Shown: positions 1-10,404 of the stretch, in pieces | Layout: the number at the start of each line of letters is the position of its first letter | How positions within the stretch are numbered: position 1 is the stretch's first letter | Origin: Pelagomonas calceolata | Lineage: Eukaryota | Length of the DNA: 64,000 nt | Reading direction: 5' to 3' | Assembly: GCA_918797485.1 (NCBI GenBank) | Contig: CAKKNE010000006.1 | Location: 3,224,001 to 3,288,000, forward strand | The notes under the pieces: model-generated | Told to the model about the DNA's origin: nothing | Seen by the model: the letters and a program-made list of their open reading frames with translations, nothing else | The model's database searches: none | Position numbers and translations under genes: made by a program

Positions 1-565
1 TCCGCATTCTCGACGTGAACGCGCGTCGGGCTGAAAACGCCACCAATGAAGGCGAGATTTGGCTCGGGCCTTCCCAGCCACCGCGTCGGGCATCTCAGAC
101 GGTCCCAGGGGATTCTAGCCCCCCGGACGCCCCAAACGAGCGTATCGGGGCAGCCTAGAGGGAATACAACGATTTTTGTCAATATTGGGCGGCTGCCGGC
201 GCTTTTTGCGCAAGGCGGCCTTAAATAAGCTTTTTGGTCGATAGACACAAAAAGCGCCGGCTGCCAACACCCTCAGACTGCCGAATCGGCCAAAATTGGC
301 CTCTCCAAAACCCGAAAAGCCGTGCGGGTTGGGGCTGTCGAACCTACTAGCCAGGCCGGCGGGGCTCGATTTGGGATTCGGGTCCACAGGGTCTCTCGGC
401 GGCCTATCTACTCGGACAAAGGACCCGAAGACGCGAGGAGGAAGCGACCAGAGACCCGGAGGCCACCGGCAGCCCAACTCCTTCACCAGAAGACCGGGGG
501 CAGCTCTCCCACCCAAGCACAAGCTGTGCTAAGGACCAGGACTAGCCCCCCCCGTCGCAAGCAAA

Positions 566-1036
566 ATGTCCAGCTTCGCCCTGCCGCGGCGCGCGACGTT
601 GACAAGAAGGCCGCTCGTCGCCGCCGTCGCGGCCGCCGCCCTGTGCCTCGCGCTCGTCGCCGTCGCCGCGACCCACGACGAGGCGAGCGTAGCAAAGCGA
701 CCGGCCCTCGCGCGGCAGCAGTCTGGACCGTTCGGCGACGTTTCTCGGACAATCTGGGCCTCGGACAAGTACCGCGGAGATCTGGGGCGGTCCCTCTTCC
801 TCACTATCTTCGGACCCGGAGTGATAATAGCGGTCCTCGTCGGGGCGCGGTGCCGGGACCCGCCCCGGCGGCGGCGGAAGAACGTGCCCGTCGCGCACGC
901 GAGATACGACGGCGAGGCCGAGGCGGTCGTCGCCGATGCGAGTGATGACGACGAGCTTGATTTATTGCCGGCGGCGCGGCCCGTCCACCGGAACCCCTTC
1001 GGTTCGCCGGGGCGACCACAATCCCGCGAGGTGTAA
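566..1036 (+). CDS. hypothetical small membrane protein
   Basis: 156-aa ATG ORF with two hydrophobic segments (LVAAVAAAALCLALVAV; LFLTIFGPGVIIAVLVG) and GC3-rich codons. Confidence 0.55.
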   Translation: MSSFALPRRATLTRRPLVAAVAAAALCLALVAVAATHDEASVAKRPALARQQSGPFGDVSRTIWASDKYRGDLGRSLFLTIFGPGVIIAVLVGARCRDPPRRRRKNVPVAHARYDGEAEAVVADASDDDELDLLPAARPVHRNPFGSPGRPQSREV

Positions 1037-1048
1037 CCCTACTTGTGT

Positions 1049-1541
1049 TTAGATCGCGAGCGCGCTGCCCGCCTTGGTGGCGGTGGAGATGAAATACTCC
1101 CGCGAGAACGTCGACGCCGCGAAGGCGTCGCTCGCGCCGGGCGCGACGCCTACCGCCGTGACGCTCGCCAGGCTCTCGACGGGCGCGTTTGTTTTTATGT
1201 GGATGACGTTGTAGTCGCTCTTCGCGCCGTCGATGAGTGCGATTTCCACCGAAGGCAGCGTGCCGTGCTCGTAGAAGACCACTGCCGCGTCGAAGGACTT
1301 CGCTAATTTCACGTATTGACAGATGCCCGTGTAGAAGCGCTTGATCCGCTCGCCCGTACCTCCCGACATTTCTCTTATGAGTTCGCTGCGTCCGCCGTTG
1401 GATTTGTACTTGTATGCTGGCACGGTCTTCCGAGGCTCGAAAAACGCGAACTCGTGCGCCGGCGACCGGCGTTTCACTCCAATGCAGGAAGAGGGTCCCT
1501 TGAGAAGCTGCACTAAACGTCAGATAACAACCTTTTGCCAT
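1049..1541 (-). pseudogene. IMP1/IMP2 (immune mapped protein)-like gene with a +1 frameshift
   Basis: MAKGCYLTFSAASQGTLFLHWSETPVAGA in one frame continues as FAFFEPRKTVPAYKYKSNGGRSELIR in another. The join at 1451-1454 resembles the IMP2 N-terminal domain as I recall it. Span is 493 nt (3n+1). Confidence 0.55.
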
Positions 1542-1732
1542 GTCTGGTCCGTTTACAAGCGCTAGAGTGGTCAATAAATCACTGGTTGTGAATTGTCGAT
1601 TTTTGACGCGTGTTCCGCCGTGCCGGCTGATTTTCCGCCGATCTTTGGATGTCCCAGGTTCGCCTGGTTCCGCTTATGCCGCCAAGCAACGCCCGCTCGT
1701 CAAGCTTATAGGTCGGCAAAGCAAAGCGAGTG

Positions 1733-1753
1733 CTAGCGGTGGTAAGACACTAG
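1733..1753. promoter_or_regulatory. recurrent upstream motif copy
   Basis: CTAGCGGTGGTAAGACACTAG between divergent starts 1541 and 1963. Confidence 0.6.
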
Positions 1754-1962
1754 CAAGTCAGCAGCCGCGGCCAAAAGACAGGATAGAGGGGTGTATCACT
1801 GCATCCGTGATTCAAGTCACCAGGGATCTCTACAGAGACCATCTACGACAGCTGTGACCAAACGCGCTGCGTCGCGTGCGTCAAAAGCGAGCATCTCTGA
1901 AAGCGCCGGCCGCCAGACGCCATCGCAGCCAATTACGCCATCGCCGCGACGCATCTGTGACA

Positions 1963-3042
1963 ATGGCCGCGACGGTAGCCGCCTCCGAAGCAAGACGCGT
2001 CGAAGAGACCCGGGAACTAGCCGCGCAGACCGCGGCCGAGTGGATCGCCGCCCAGCCCGACGCCAAATTAGTGAGGGAGGCCGGCGCCCTCAAGTGCGGC
2101 AAGAAGGGCACGGTGGAAGTCTTAGAGCTACAAAAAGAATACAGGCAGGAGCTCGCCAAGATCACGGACGGCAAGGTGTTAGCCGAATGTTGTTCTCCAT
2201 TAAGACGCGCCGCCTCCAAGGTTTTGGACGACGGCGGCTGCGTTGTGTTGCGAGGCTTCCCTCTTGAGAATGATGCCTCGGTCGCGTGGCGGTGTTTGGC
2301 CATTTCTGAAGCCTTAGGTGAGACGCTGCCGCAATTACCCGATGGGGAAGGCTTGCCGCGGAGGATGGTCTCCTCCTCACCTTTGGGTAACGAGCACCCG
2401 TCGCCCGCTTCGTCCAAAATAGCGAGGATCTTGATCGCGTGCGCGCGGCCTCCGAAGAACAAACAATCACTAAAGGTCGCGACCGCCGAGTGCTTACTAC
2501 GAGGCACGTCGCTCGAAGCGCGGGGCACGCTGCGACGGAACTGCGCCTACGCCTGCGAGTCTTACTCGGACAAGTGGGGCGGCGCCAGAGAAGGGAAGGC
2601 GCCCCTATGTGGTCAAGATGCGAATTACCGCAAAACGCTCAAATACTCGGCGCAACTCAAAGTAAATGTGGACTGGTGCGAGCAGGCGGAGGAGGCGGCC
2701 ATCGACGCCTGTTCGGAGTTGGAGAAGGCCGCGGCATCAGCGGCCTTCCCGTTCGATTTGAGGCAAGGCGACGTCTTGGTTTTTGACGCGTTGCGGTGGC
2801 TCTTCTCGTACGACGCTGCCGCGGATGATCATGATGGCCTCTGCTGGGGTCCTAACGGATGGATGCCGCTGCGAGCATTACCTCCGGACCAACGGAAGGG
2901 CGCGCGCATCGAGCCGTACCTCCTGAAGACGTGGCTCGGGCGGCGCGACTTCGGGGACGTCGTTAATACAGCGGAGATTGAAGATGATGCGGCGTGGCTC
3001 GCGTCGCTGGCTGATCAGACGGCGGGGGTCGCGGTGCAGTAA
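1963..3042 (+). CDS. clavaminate synthase/TauD-like fold protein (divergent, possibly inactive)
   Basis: Long ORF with GCVVLRGFP and FDLRQGDVLVFD segments typical of TauD/TfdA-like proteins; no clear HxD...H triad. Confidence 0.5.
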   Translation: MAATVAASEARRVEETRELAAQTAAEWIAAQPDAKLVREAGALKCGKKGTVEVLELQKEYRQELAKITDGKVLAECCSPLRRAASKVLDDGGCVVLRGFPLENDASVAWRCLAISEALGETLPQLPDGEGLPRRMVSSSPLGNEHPSPASSKIARILIACARPPKNKQSLKVATAECLLRGTSLEARGTLRRNCAYACESYSDKWGGAREGKAPLCGQDANYRKTLKYSAQLKVNVDWCEQAEEAAIDACSELEKAAASAAFPFDLRQGDVLVFDALRWLFSYDAAADDHDGLCWGPNGWMPLRALPPDQRKGARIEPYLLKTWLGRRDFGDVVNTAEIEDDAAWLASLADQTAGVAVQ

Positions 3043-3515
3043 GGTTTTCGCGAGTTTCTTTTTGTTGCTTTGCTTAGAGCTAGCCCCTTAGCCGCGGGCC
3101 GCCGCGGGGGCTTCGTGACCGTTTGTTGACCCGTGTATCTTTTGGCGCTCGCGTCGATGGCGTAGAGGAACCGCGCCATCGACGCGACGTTGTCCCCACA
3201 GCTGCGCCTGCAGCCCGCCCCAACGTCGGCGTCCGCGCGTCGCGACTCCGAAGCCAGAAAAAAATTGACGGAGCGGTCCCATTGCGTCGGAGGGCTGCCT
3301 GCGGAGGACGATGCGTCCGATACGGGGAGTTGGCCGAGCTGAAAATCTGACCTCATGCCATTTGACGTATTTACGGAGCGCTTTTTACGCGCTATCACGA
3401 GCCCGCACAGCGAACAAAACAGCTGCGCGAGCTGTAGGAGTCAGTAGCTTCAGCCACACGACGCAAAACCGCGTTGCACGGCACTCCTAGGAAGCAGCAC
3501 ACCGACACTCTGACC

Positions 3516-3893
3516 ATGCATCGGCTGCTCGCCGCCCTCTGCGTAAGCGCTGCCGTGGGCCTCGTGCCCAACGCGCCGCAGCGCGCGCCGCTCACGCCGC
3601 GCAAAGGTTTCTTCGACAACGCCTTCAAGAACGAGTCCTTCGACAACAAACCAAACGCGGGCAGCGGCCTCTCCACCCAAAAGAAGACCGTGCCCGTCAA
3701 GATCGGGTCGCGGACGGTCCAGGCCATGCCGGGCCAGCGCATGAAGGACGTCGTCCGCGCCGCGCGGGCGCCCATCAAATTCAACTGCGAGGACGGCCAG
3801 TGCGGGACGTGCGAGTCGAAGGTCGACGGCCGCGTCACGCGCGTCTGCGTGGCGAAGATCCCGGCGCGGGGCTGCACGATCACGCGGAAGTGA
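3516..3893 (+). CDS. 2Fe-2S ferredoxin-like protein, probably plastid-targeted (paralog 1)
   Basis: NCEDGQCGTC...VC cysteine motif; signal peptide plus transit-like N-terminus. Confidence 0.85.
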   Translation: MHRLLAALCVSAAVGLVPNAPQRAPLTPRKGFFDNAFKNESFDNKPNAGSGLSTQKKTVPVKIGSRTVQAMPGQRMKDVVRAARAPIKFNCEDGQCGTCESKVDGRVTRVCVAKIPARGCTITRK

Positions 3894-4460
3894 AGCTTGA
3901 CGCCTCGCCGCGGCGGCGGCAGCGTTGGGAGAGTCGGCTTTGTTCTCGCGGCGCTTGCTCTCCCGTAACTAGTATTGTACCGGAATCTCGCGCTGTGCGT
4001 GTGTACTGCGTGTTTTCGAGCAGTTTCGGAGGTCTTCGCACTCACTGGGCCGCTTTCCTACCGGACCGTGGATACGCGGGGGACTCGTCCGAGGACCATT
4101 CCGGGTCGTTCAGGCACGAGTATGAAGCCAGAAGGACGTCTAGAGGGTGCGTTTTGCGTTTACGCGCGCGGAGATGGCCGCACGCGCACCTCGATGCCGA
4201 GGTTGGGCGGCTCTGTTGACGCAGACTCGGTCCTCAGGCATTGTTGGACCCAGCCAGCTCACCAGCAGACAAACCAGACCCCCGCCGCCCGCACCGAGCC
4301 CTGACACTGCTGTTGCACGCAGCGCGTGCCCGCCAAAAGCGCGTTGCCACGACTCAGTGTCTTCAAGCGCAAAAACGCTGGTCTGAGCGCGCCAAAACGC
4401 TGGTCCGAAACCCCAGGGCGAGTACGACGTACCCGCAGCAGCTCCCCAGCAAACCCCAGC

Positions 4461-4832
4461 ATGCGTCGCGCCGCCCTCGTCGTGATGGCAGCGACCGCCG
4501 CCGCGCTCGTGCCCCCGAACTCGCCGCGACGGCCGCTCACCCCAGTCAATGGCTTCTTCGACAACGCCTTCAAGAACGAGTCCTTCGACAACAAACCCAA
4601 GGCCGGCGGCGCCCCGGCCAAGAAGACCGTGCCCGTGACGATCGGTAGTAGGACGGTCCAGGCGCTCCCGAACCAGCGCCTCAAGGACGTCGTGCGCGCG
4701 GCGCGGGCGCCGATCAAATTTAACTGTGAGAACGGCCAGTGCGGCACCTGCGAGAACCGCGTGGACGGGCGGCTCGCGCGCATCTGCACGATGAGCGTGC
4801 CGGCGCGCGGCTGCAAGATCACGCGCAAGTAA
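4461..4832 (+). CDS. 2Fe-2S ferredoxin-like protein, probably plastid-targeted (paralog 2)
   Basis: NCENGQCGTC...IC motif; shares GFFDNAFKNESFDNKP and KDVVRAARAPIKFNCE with 3516..3893. Confidence 0.85.
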   Translation: MRRAALVVMAATAAALVPPNSPRRPLTPVNGFFDNAFKNESFDNKPKAGGAPAKKTVPVTIGSRTVQALPNQRLKDVVRAARAPIKFNCENGQCGTCENRVDGRLARICTMSVPARGCKITRK

Positions 4833-4959
4833 CCTATACCTGTTTTAGTTTTCTTCTTCGACGGCGTCGTGGCGGGGGCGGCCCAGCTCTAGCAGGGCGA
4901 ACAAATTAAGTTTTAGTTTCCTTCGACGGCGTGTGGGGGGGGAGAGACTTGAAGGAGGA

Positions 4960-5910
4960 TTAGCTCGAATTTTGGGGCGGAGACGAATCCCGGGAGTGCT
5001 CGCTGGAAACGGGATTCCTCCGCTCGACGGGGAGCGAACGGTGCCGGGTCCGCGGCGGCGGCGGCGGCTCCGTCCGGGGAGGCGGCGCCGCCCACGGGAG
5101 GACCACGGGAGGCGACGCGAGGAACTCGGCGTGGCGCCGCAGCATGGCCGGCAGGCCCGGCACGCCCGCGCCGTGCGACGCCACGACGCCATGGAGTTCC
5201 GCGATGCACGCCTCGTACTGGTCCCGCGGGACGTACAGGTCGAAGCCTAAAGCGTCGAGGAGGACCCGCTCCATCTCGCCGACGCGTTCCGCGGAGACCG
5301 GCCGCTCGCCCGGGAGGACGTGGCCCCAGGCCGTCGCGAAGTCGACGTTCCTCAGGGGCGCGTCGTCGTGGTTCTTCTGGGCGACCATGACGCCGCACAG
5401 TAACAAGCGTTTGCAGTTCCGCGGCGTGATTCGGAGGTGCGGGTGGAACGACAGCATGCGAAGAATGAACATGAACGCCAGCACCGAGCACTCGGGCGTG
5501 TAAAAGCACGTCGCGAATAAGCGAAACAGGAAATCGTGCAGCTCCCCGACGTCGGGCGACGGGGCGGCGCCGGCCGGCGCGGGCACGTCGGGCTCGGCCC
5601 AGAACGCGGCCAGGTGCGCGGGCTCCGCGCCCGGCGGAGGGTTCGTCATGATGTGTTGTAGGAGCATGGCGATGCCGCAGAGCTCCACGGCCTCGCGCGC
5701 CGCGGCGCCGTCGCTCACGGAGTTCGTCCGTGAGCGCGGCGGCGGCGGCGGCGCGTCGCGCATGCACTCGTCGTCTTTGATCTCTCGCTCCCACGCTTGG
5801 TTCGTCTCGTCCCTTCGCGGGCTACCGTTTACCTCCTCCCAGTCGGCGAGGTCAGGTGGGCTACCCAGATCTACATGCCTCGACTCGGCCGGGCTCGGCG
5901 GCGACGTCAT
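4960..5910 (-). CDS. cyclin, P/U (PHO80)/cyclin-Y-like
   Basis: Cyclin box: FLFRLFATCFYTPECSVLAFMFILR...NCKRLLLCGVMVAQKNHDD...EMERVLLDALGFDLYV. Confidence 0.85.
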   Translation of the reverse strand: MTSPPSPAESRHVDLGSPPDLADWEEVNGSPRRDETNQAWEREIKDDECMRDAPPPPPRSRTNSVSDGAAAREAVELCGIAMLLQHIMTNPPPGAEPAHLAAFWAEPDVPAPAGAAPSPDVGELHDFLFRLFATCFYTPECSVLAFMFILRMLSFHPHLRITPRNCKRLLLCGVMVAQKNHDDAPLRNVDFATAWGHVLPGERPVSAERVGEMERVLLDALGFDLYVPRDQYEACIAELHGVVASHGAGVPGLPAMLRRHAEFLASPPVVLPWAAPPPRTEPPPPPRTRHRSLPVERRNPVSSEHSRDSSPPQNSS

Positions 5911-6595
5911 GCTGGCTGCTCGGCGGCGCTAGGGTTGGCTTGCCGCCGTCGCACCGATCAAGATTAGCCTCTTACGGTCAACACTCCCATCGATGTTTAA
6001 TGCATGTCGTCTGCCGACGGTAACATTGTGGGTGCTTCCGCGGTTCGCGGCCGTTCCGGTGCAGCAGCGAAGTTTGGAGAGCCAGCATTTATATGCGCGG
6101 CGCCGGTGCGCAAGAGAACTAACGCTGACTTGTGACCGACTCCAGCCGCGGCGCCCGCGTAGCAATGAAACGGCTTGTCGGCGACCCTACTTTTCTTGGG
6201 CTGTGTGCGAGCGTTGCAGCTGCAGAGAACGCAGCTGCCGTTCTATTACTGAGCGCGCGCTGAGACCTCGTTTTTGTGCACCACTATGCCAGCGGCGGCA
6301 ACAACTCAGTCCCAACTCGAGTAGGGAGCATCAGGACCACAAGAGTTGATCAAGGATAAGTTGATTAATTTAGCGGGATCGCGGACACACCCGTTGAGCA
6401 CTCGACCCGTCTGCGTGAGGCCAATGACTCGTGGATTGCAATCAAACGGCGCCTAAAGGGCGGGGTGTTCGTGCGCGTGGAGATCGACGGTGGAGCGCGC
6501 TAAGCAAGAACAGGGGCTCCGCCCACTAGTTCTAGCACCGCACCAATAAGAAGCAAGAAGCAAACAAAGCAAAGGAAACACAAGCAAAAACAACA

Positions 6596-8299
6596 TTAGC
6601 CGGCCGCAGCCGCGGCGAGCGCCCGCGCGCAAGACGACGCCAGCATGCGTCCAGAAGCACAGGCCTCCGCGAGGAGCGCCTCCCTTTCTATACCGTCGTC
6701 GTCGCAGTGGGACCGGTCCGTCGATAACGGCGCCCAGGGCCCCAACCGATTACCATTCGCGCGGAACGCGCTCCGCGCCTTTTCGTCCTCATCTCGGGTC
6801 GGCGCGCAGTACAGCGGCTCCGCCGCATGGGCGTGGACGTCGACGAGGCGCTTCGATAGCTCATCAACAATATCGGGGTTCGCAGCACTCAAGTCCACGG
6901 CCTCCGAGGGATCCGCCTCGACGTCGTACAGGTACGTGGCCGCCGCGTCGGCCAACCAATCTAGAGGGGCGCTCTCGGAGGTGCGGTCGTAGACCGGCTC
7001 GCGCTTCACGTTCAGCAGGAGCTTCCAGCGCCCCCTCCTTATGGCCCCCGTCATGCCAGATGAAGACGTGTCGACGTGTATGATCACTTCATCTCTTGGA
7101 GGTGTAGTCAACCCTTTGATCGCGGCCCACTGGTCGACGCCGTCGCCATCTCCATAAGATAGGCCGGCCGCAGATAATATGGTCGGCATCCAGTCGGCCG
7201 CGTGAAACAGGCCCTCGTACGACGACCCCCGCACGTTTTTTGGTATTAACGGTCCTGTTACAAGCGCCCTGGTGCGCACGCCGCCCTCCCAGACGCCGCC
7301 CTTGGCGCCCCGCAACGGATAGTTTGAACCGCCGGCGGCGGCCGCGCCGTTGTCCGCCAACACTACGAACAAAGTGGAGGGCCACAGGGCGTTGTCTTTC
7401 AGGCTCTTCACGACGGAACCGATCTTCGCGTCTTGATGTGAAGCGATGGCTCCAAAAATGCGTCTTCGGCCTTGCAGCCGGTCGTCGTATTGAGCGGAAG
7501 GCGGCTCTAGTAAAGGTTCGTGCGGCGTCGGCAAGGCGTAGTACAGGAACAGCGGTTTTTCAGAAGTGGATGAGATCAATCTTTTAGCTTCGTGCGCGAC
7601 CGCGTCGGCGGCGTACGTTTTGGACTGAGATGACCAGTCCACCACACAATCGCTTTCGCAGACCGGCGGCGCCTCGGCGTAGTGCGAGTACGGATCGACG
7701 AAGCCTCCCAAAAAACCGTAGGCCGAGTCGAAGCCTCGCCGTTCCGGTAAATATTCTGTTGACGAATGCCCGAGGTGCCATTTGCCCGCGAGCGCGGTAG
7801 TATACCCATTGCTGCGGAAGACGTCGGCGAGCGTCTTGACGGACGGATCGAGGCCCCACCGCGACGTCTGGGAGATGACTCCGCGTTGCAAGCCCAGGGA
7901 AGTAGGATGGAGACCGGTGAGCAAAGCGCCTCGCGTCGGCGTGCACTCGGACGCGACGTAGTGCGACGTGAGCTCCACGCCCTCGTCCCGTAAAGCTGAT
8001 AAATGAGGTGCTGCCAGGTCGGACGACGACCACAAATCATCATAACCCGCGTCGTCGAGCACGGTCAGGACGACGTGGGGCTTTTTTGACGCTCGGAGCG
8101 TCGTCCCGCCCGCATTTTGGGGCCTCTGATACGCGACGGCCGCAATCATCAAACACGCGCAGCCGGCCGCGACGAGCGGCGGCAGGAGCCGGCCGCCCGA
8201 ACTTCGGCCCTGGCTGCGCGCGGGCTGCAAGGGCGTCTGTTCATCTAATTCCACGAGGTCGAGGTCGCCGTAGCCGAAGGTCGGGCTGGCGGCCCTCAT
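6596..8299 (-). CDS. arylsulfatase (formylglycine-dependent sulfatase, ARSB-like), membrane-anchored
   Basis: KPHVVLTVLDDAG, CTPTRGALLTG (CxPxR), GKWHLG, DNG, LRGAKGGVWEGG motifs; N-terminal TM segment. Confidence 0.93.
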   Translation of the reverse strand: MRAASPTFGYGDLDLVELDEQTPLQPARSQGRSSGGRLLPPLVAAGCACLMIAAVAYQRPQNAGGTTLRASKKPHVVLTVLDDAGYDDLWSSSDLAAPHLSALRDEGVELTSHYVASECTPTRGALLTGLHPTSLGLQRGVISQTSRWGLDPSVKTLADVFRSNGYTTALAGKWHLGHSSTEYLPERRGFDSAYGFLGGFVDPYSHYAEAPPVCESDCVVDWSSQSKTYAADAVAHEAKRLISSTSEKPLFLYYALPTPHEPLLEPPSAQYDDRLQGRRRIFGAIASHQDAKIGSVVKSLKDNALWPSTLFVVLADNGAAAAGGSNYPLRGAKGGVWEGGVRTRALVTGPLIPKNVRGSSYEGLFHAADWMPTILSAAGLSYGDGDGVDQWAAIKGLTTPPRDEVIIHVDTSSSGMTGAIRRGRWKLLLNVKREPVYDRTSESAPLDWLADAAATYLYDVEADPSEAVDLSAANPDIVDELSKRLVDVHAHAAEPLYCAPTRDEDEKARSAFRANGNRLGPWAPLSTDRSHCDDDGIEREALLAEACASGRMLASSCARALAAAAAG

Positions 8300-8702
8300 C
8301 GTGACGCGCGGGGCAGCCTCGTATCCCCTCGCGGAGCCAAGGAACACCTCGATGCATCGATGAAAGCGTAGAAATGTGCGGGTTGCCGAGCCAGGGACGG
8401 CTGCTCGCGGCGTGCAGCGAGCGCTGGGGACGCGTCGCGACGCGTGGAGGGGTGCAGGCTCCCCAAAACCCGGGGCCCCTCGAGCTCAGGCTAGCCTGCA
8501 CAGCTGCACAAGCTGCGCGGGAGCTAAGGACAAGTTGGCAAGCTCACAGCTCGTTGTTTTGCCCCAGGATCTCTCCCAACTTACTTGGTTGCAAGGCCAC
8601 GACGGCTGCGCACGCGTAAGGCAAGGAGAGCTTACAAGCTCTCAGGTGACTGCAGCAGCACACGCCGTCGATCACGAACACAGCAAACGCATCGATCGAA
8701 CC

Positions 8703-9428
8703 ATGGCCAGACGCACACTTTGCACGACCATAGCCCTAGCTATGGCCGCGGCCCTGCGCCCAGCGCCACTGTCGCGAAGACGGACCCGTCTCAAAGCCAC
8801 GGAGACCAATGAGAATGCAAGGCGCATCATCCTCTTCGACGTCATGGACACGTTAGTCATAGACCCCTTCTTCACGGGGGTGCACAGCGTTTTGGGGTGC
8901 GAGTCCATGCAGGAGCTCTTCAAAGCTAAAAGACCAGAGACCTATGAAGCGTTCGAGACGGGCGAAATATCTGAGGAAGAACTGTGGCAAAGGTACTTCG
9001 CCGACGACCGCGAAGTGGACGTATCTGCAGTAAGAAGGCACTTCGTCGACGGCTATGAGTACATCAAGGGCATGCGGAGTCTGCTGGGCGAGATCAAACG
9101 CATTGGTGGTGTGGAGTGCTACGCATTCTCGAATTATGGTACGCTCTACAAGGAAATTGAAACGAAGCTCGAACTCTCAAGGTTCCTCGACTGGCGCTTC
9201 GTGTCCTGCGATATTGGAATGAGGAAGCCGGCTCCCGAGGCTTTTGAGTATGTGGTGAAGGACCTCGGTTGTGATTTACAGAGGGACGTCGTGTGCTTTG
9301 TCGATGATTCTAAAACGAACGTCGAGGCCGGGACCGCGGCGGGCCTGCGATCAATACTCTTCGAGGGCGACTCGGCGGAGTGCCGGACGGCGCTCATCGC
9401 CGAGGGGTTCTGGGAGCTAAGGGTATAG
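8703..9428 (+). CDS. HAD-superfamily hydrolase, FMN hydrolase (FHY1)-like, probably plastid-targeted
   Basis: ILFDVMDTLVIDPF motif I, SNY, MRKPAPEAF, FVDDSKTNV; signal-like N-terminus. Confidence 0.85.
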   Translation: MARRTLCTTIALAMAAALRPAPLSRRRTRLKATETNENARRIILFDVMDTLVIDPFFTGVHSVLGCESMQELFKAKRPETYEAFETGEISEEELWQRYFADDREVDVSAVRRHFVDGYEYIKGMRSLLGEIKRIGGVECYAFSNYGTLYKEIETKLELSRFLDWRFVSCDIGMRKPAPEAFEYVVKDLGCDLQRDVVCFVDDSKTNVEAGTAAGLRSILFEGDSAECRTALIAEGFWELRV

Positions 9429-9678
9429 TATCTGCCTTCCCTGTGCCTTTCCTCGCGGCACGCGTCGGCGGCGCGGCGCGGGACCACGTCGACCGGTGGC
9501 GGCGCCGTCGACGCGGCTCGTAGAGGTGTCATATAGCTCCGGCGAGCGTGCGGTAGAGACAGACCAGTCATATTGGTTCTAGAACTGGGCCTGTAAGTCA
9601 CTAGATTTTGGTAGGGGACACACTTCGCATTTCGAACTGGCGGCGTGTGCAGCGAATTGAGGCGCTGCGTGCACTAAG

Positions 9679-10252
9679 ATGAAGTTATTTGCCTACGAAC
9701 ACCCGAGCGGGCCCGTGCACGAGGTGGAGGTCACACTGGGTGACACGGTGCAGTTGCGGCGTAGCATTACAGTAGAAAGGGGCTGCTGCAGCCCCGCACG
9801 CCCCGCCGCCGCGTCGATGGGGGAGATGAGGCGCCGCAGGACCGTCGCCCGGTCGCGACGACACCGCGCGCGCTCGGTCGCGCCGTCTCTCGCGGATTTT
9901 GGACGGAGCCGCACCGCACGCGCCCGCCGCGACGACCGCGAAGAAAACGCGCGCAGGTCCTCCAGCTCAAGTCCAAGATCGAGCAGGCCATGCGGACTTC
10001 GGCGCGTGGGAATCAAATTTCAGGCACCCCACGCCATCGACGCGACGTTGTCCCCGCGACCGCGTCGGCTCGATAACCTCAGTCACTGCGTGACTTCCAC
10101 ACAGGCCATATTCCAAGGTTATCGAGGCCAAGAAGCAGCACCTCTCCTTCCGCGGCAAGAAACTTGATGATGACGCGGCGACGCTCGAGGCGATCGGCGT
10201 CGCGCCGGACTACACGCTGCGCACGCAGTCCGTCACGGTGAGCGACAAGTAG
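9679..10252 (+). CDS. small ubiquitin-like protein, 2 introns
   Basis: Exons give MKLFAYEHPSGPVHEVEVTLGDT|VLQLKSKIEQA...|...KKQHLSFRGKKLDDDAATLEAIGV; introns 9748-9956 and ~10004-10104 (second donor uncertain). Confidence 0.7.
9748..9956 (+). other. intron (GT-AG, 209 bp), weakly related to the introner family
   Basis: GTGCAG...CGCGCGCAG|G; contains CGCGTCGATGG core. Confidence 0.65.
10002..10104 (+). mobile_element. introner-like intron, TIR class
   Basis: GCGTGGGAATCAAATTTCAGGCACCCCACGCCATCGACGCG...TGACTTCCACACAG, similar to the 14640 element. Confidence 0.75.
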
Positions 10253-10283
10253 TTGATTGAGCGCCTAAGAATAGTCCTTCCTA

Positions 10284-10306
10284 TAGCGCTAGGTAAGACA
10301 CACTAG
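10284..10306. promoter_or_regulatory. recurrent upstream motif copy (variant)
   Basis: TAGCGCTAGGTAAGACACACTAG ~100 bp before 10405. Confidence 0.5.
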
Positions 10307-10404
10307 AAGCGCAGCCAAAAACTTCGGCCGCAGCGCCCCACGAAACGGCCGCCACACGTGGCTCATAAAGACGCCATCGCCGCGACGACGCCAAGGTCAC
10401 GAGG

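Noticed and set aside
4372..4405. Direct repeat AAAACGCTGGTC twice upstream of ferredoxin paralog 2
   Set aside because: Only two copies and not noticed elsewhere; insufficient to call regulatory.
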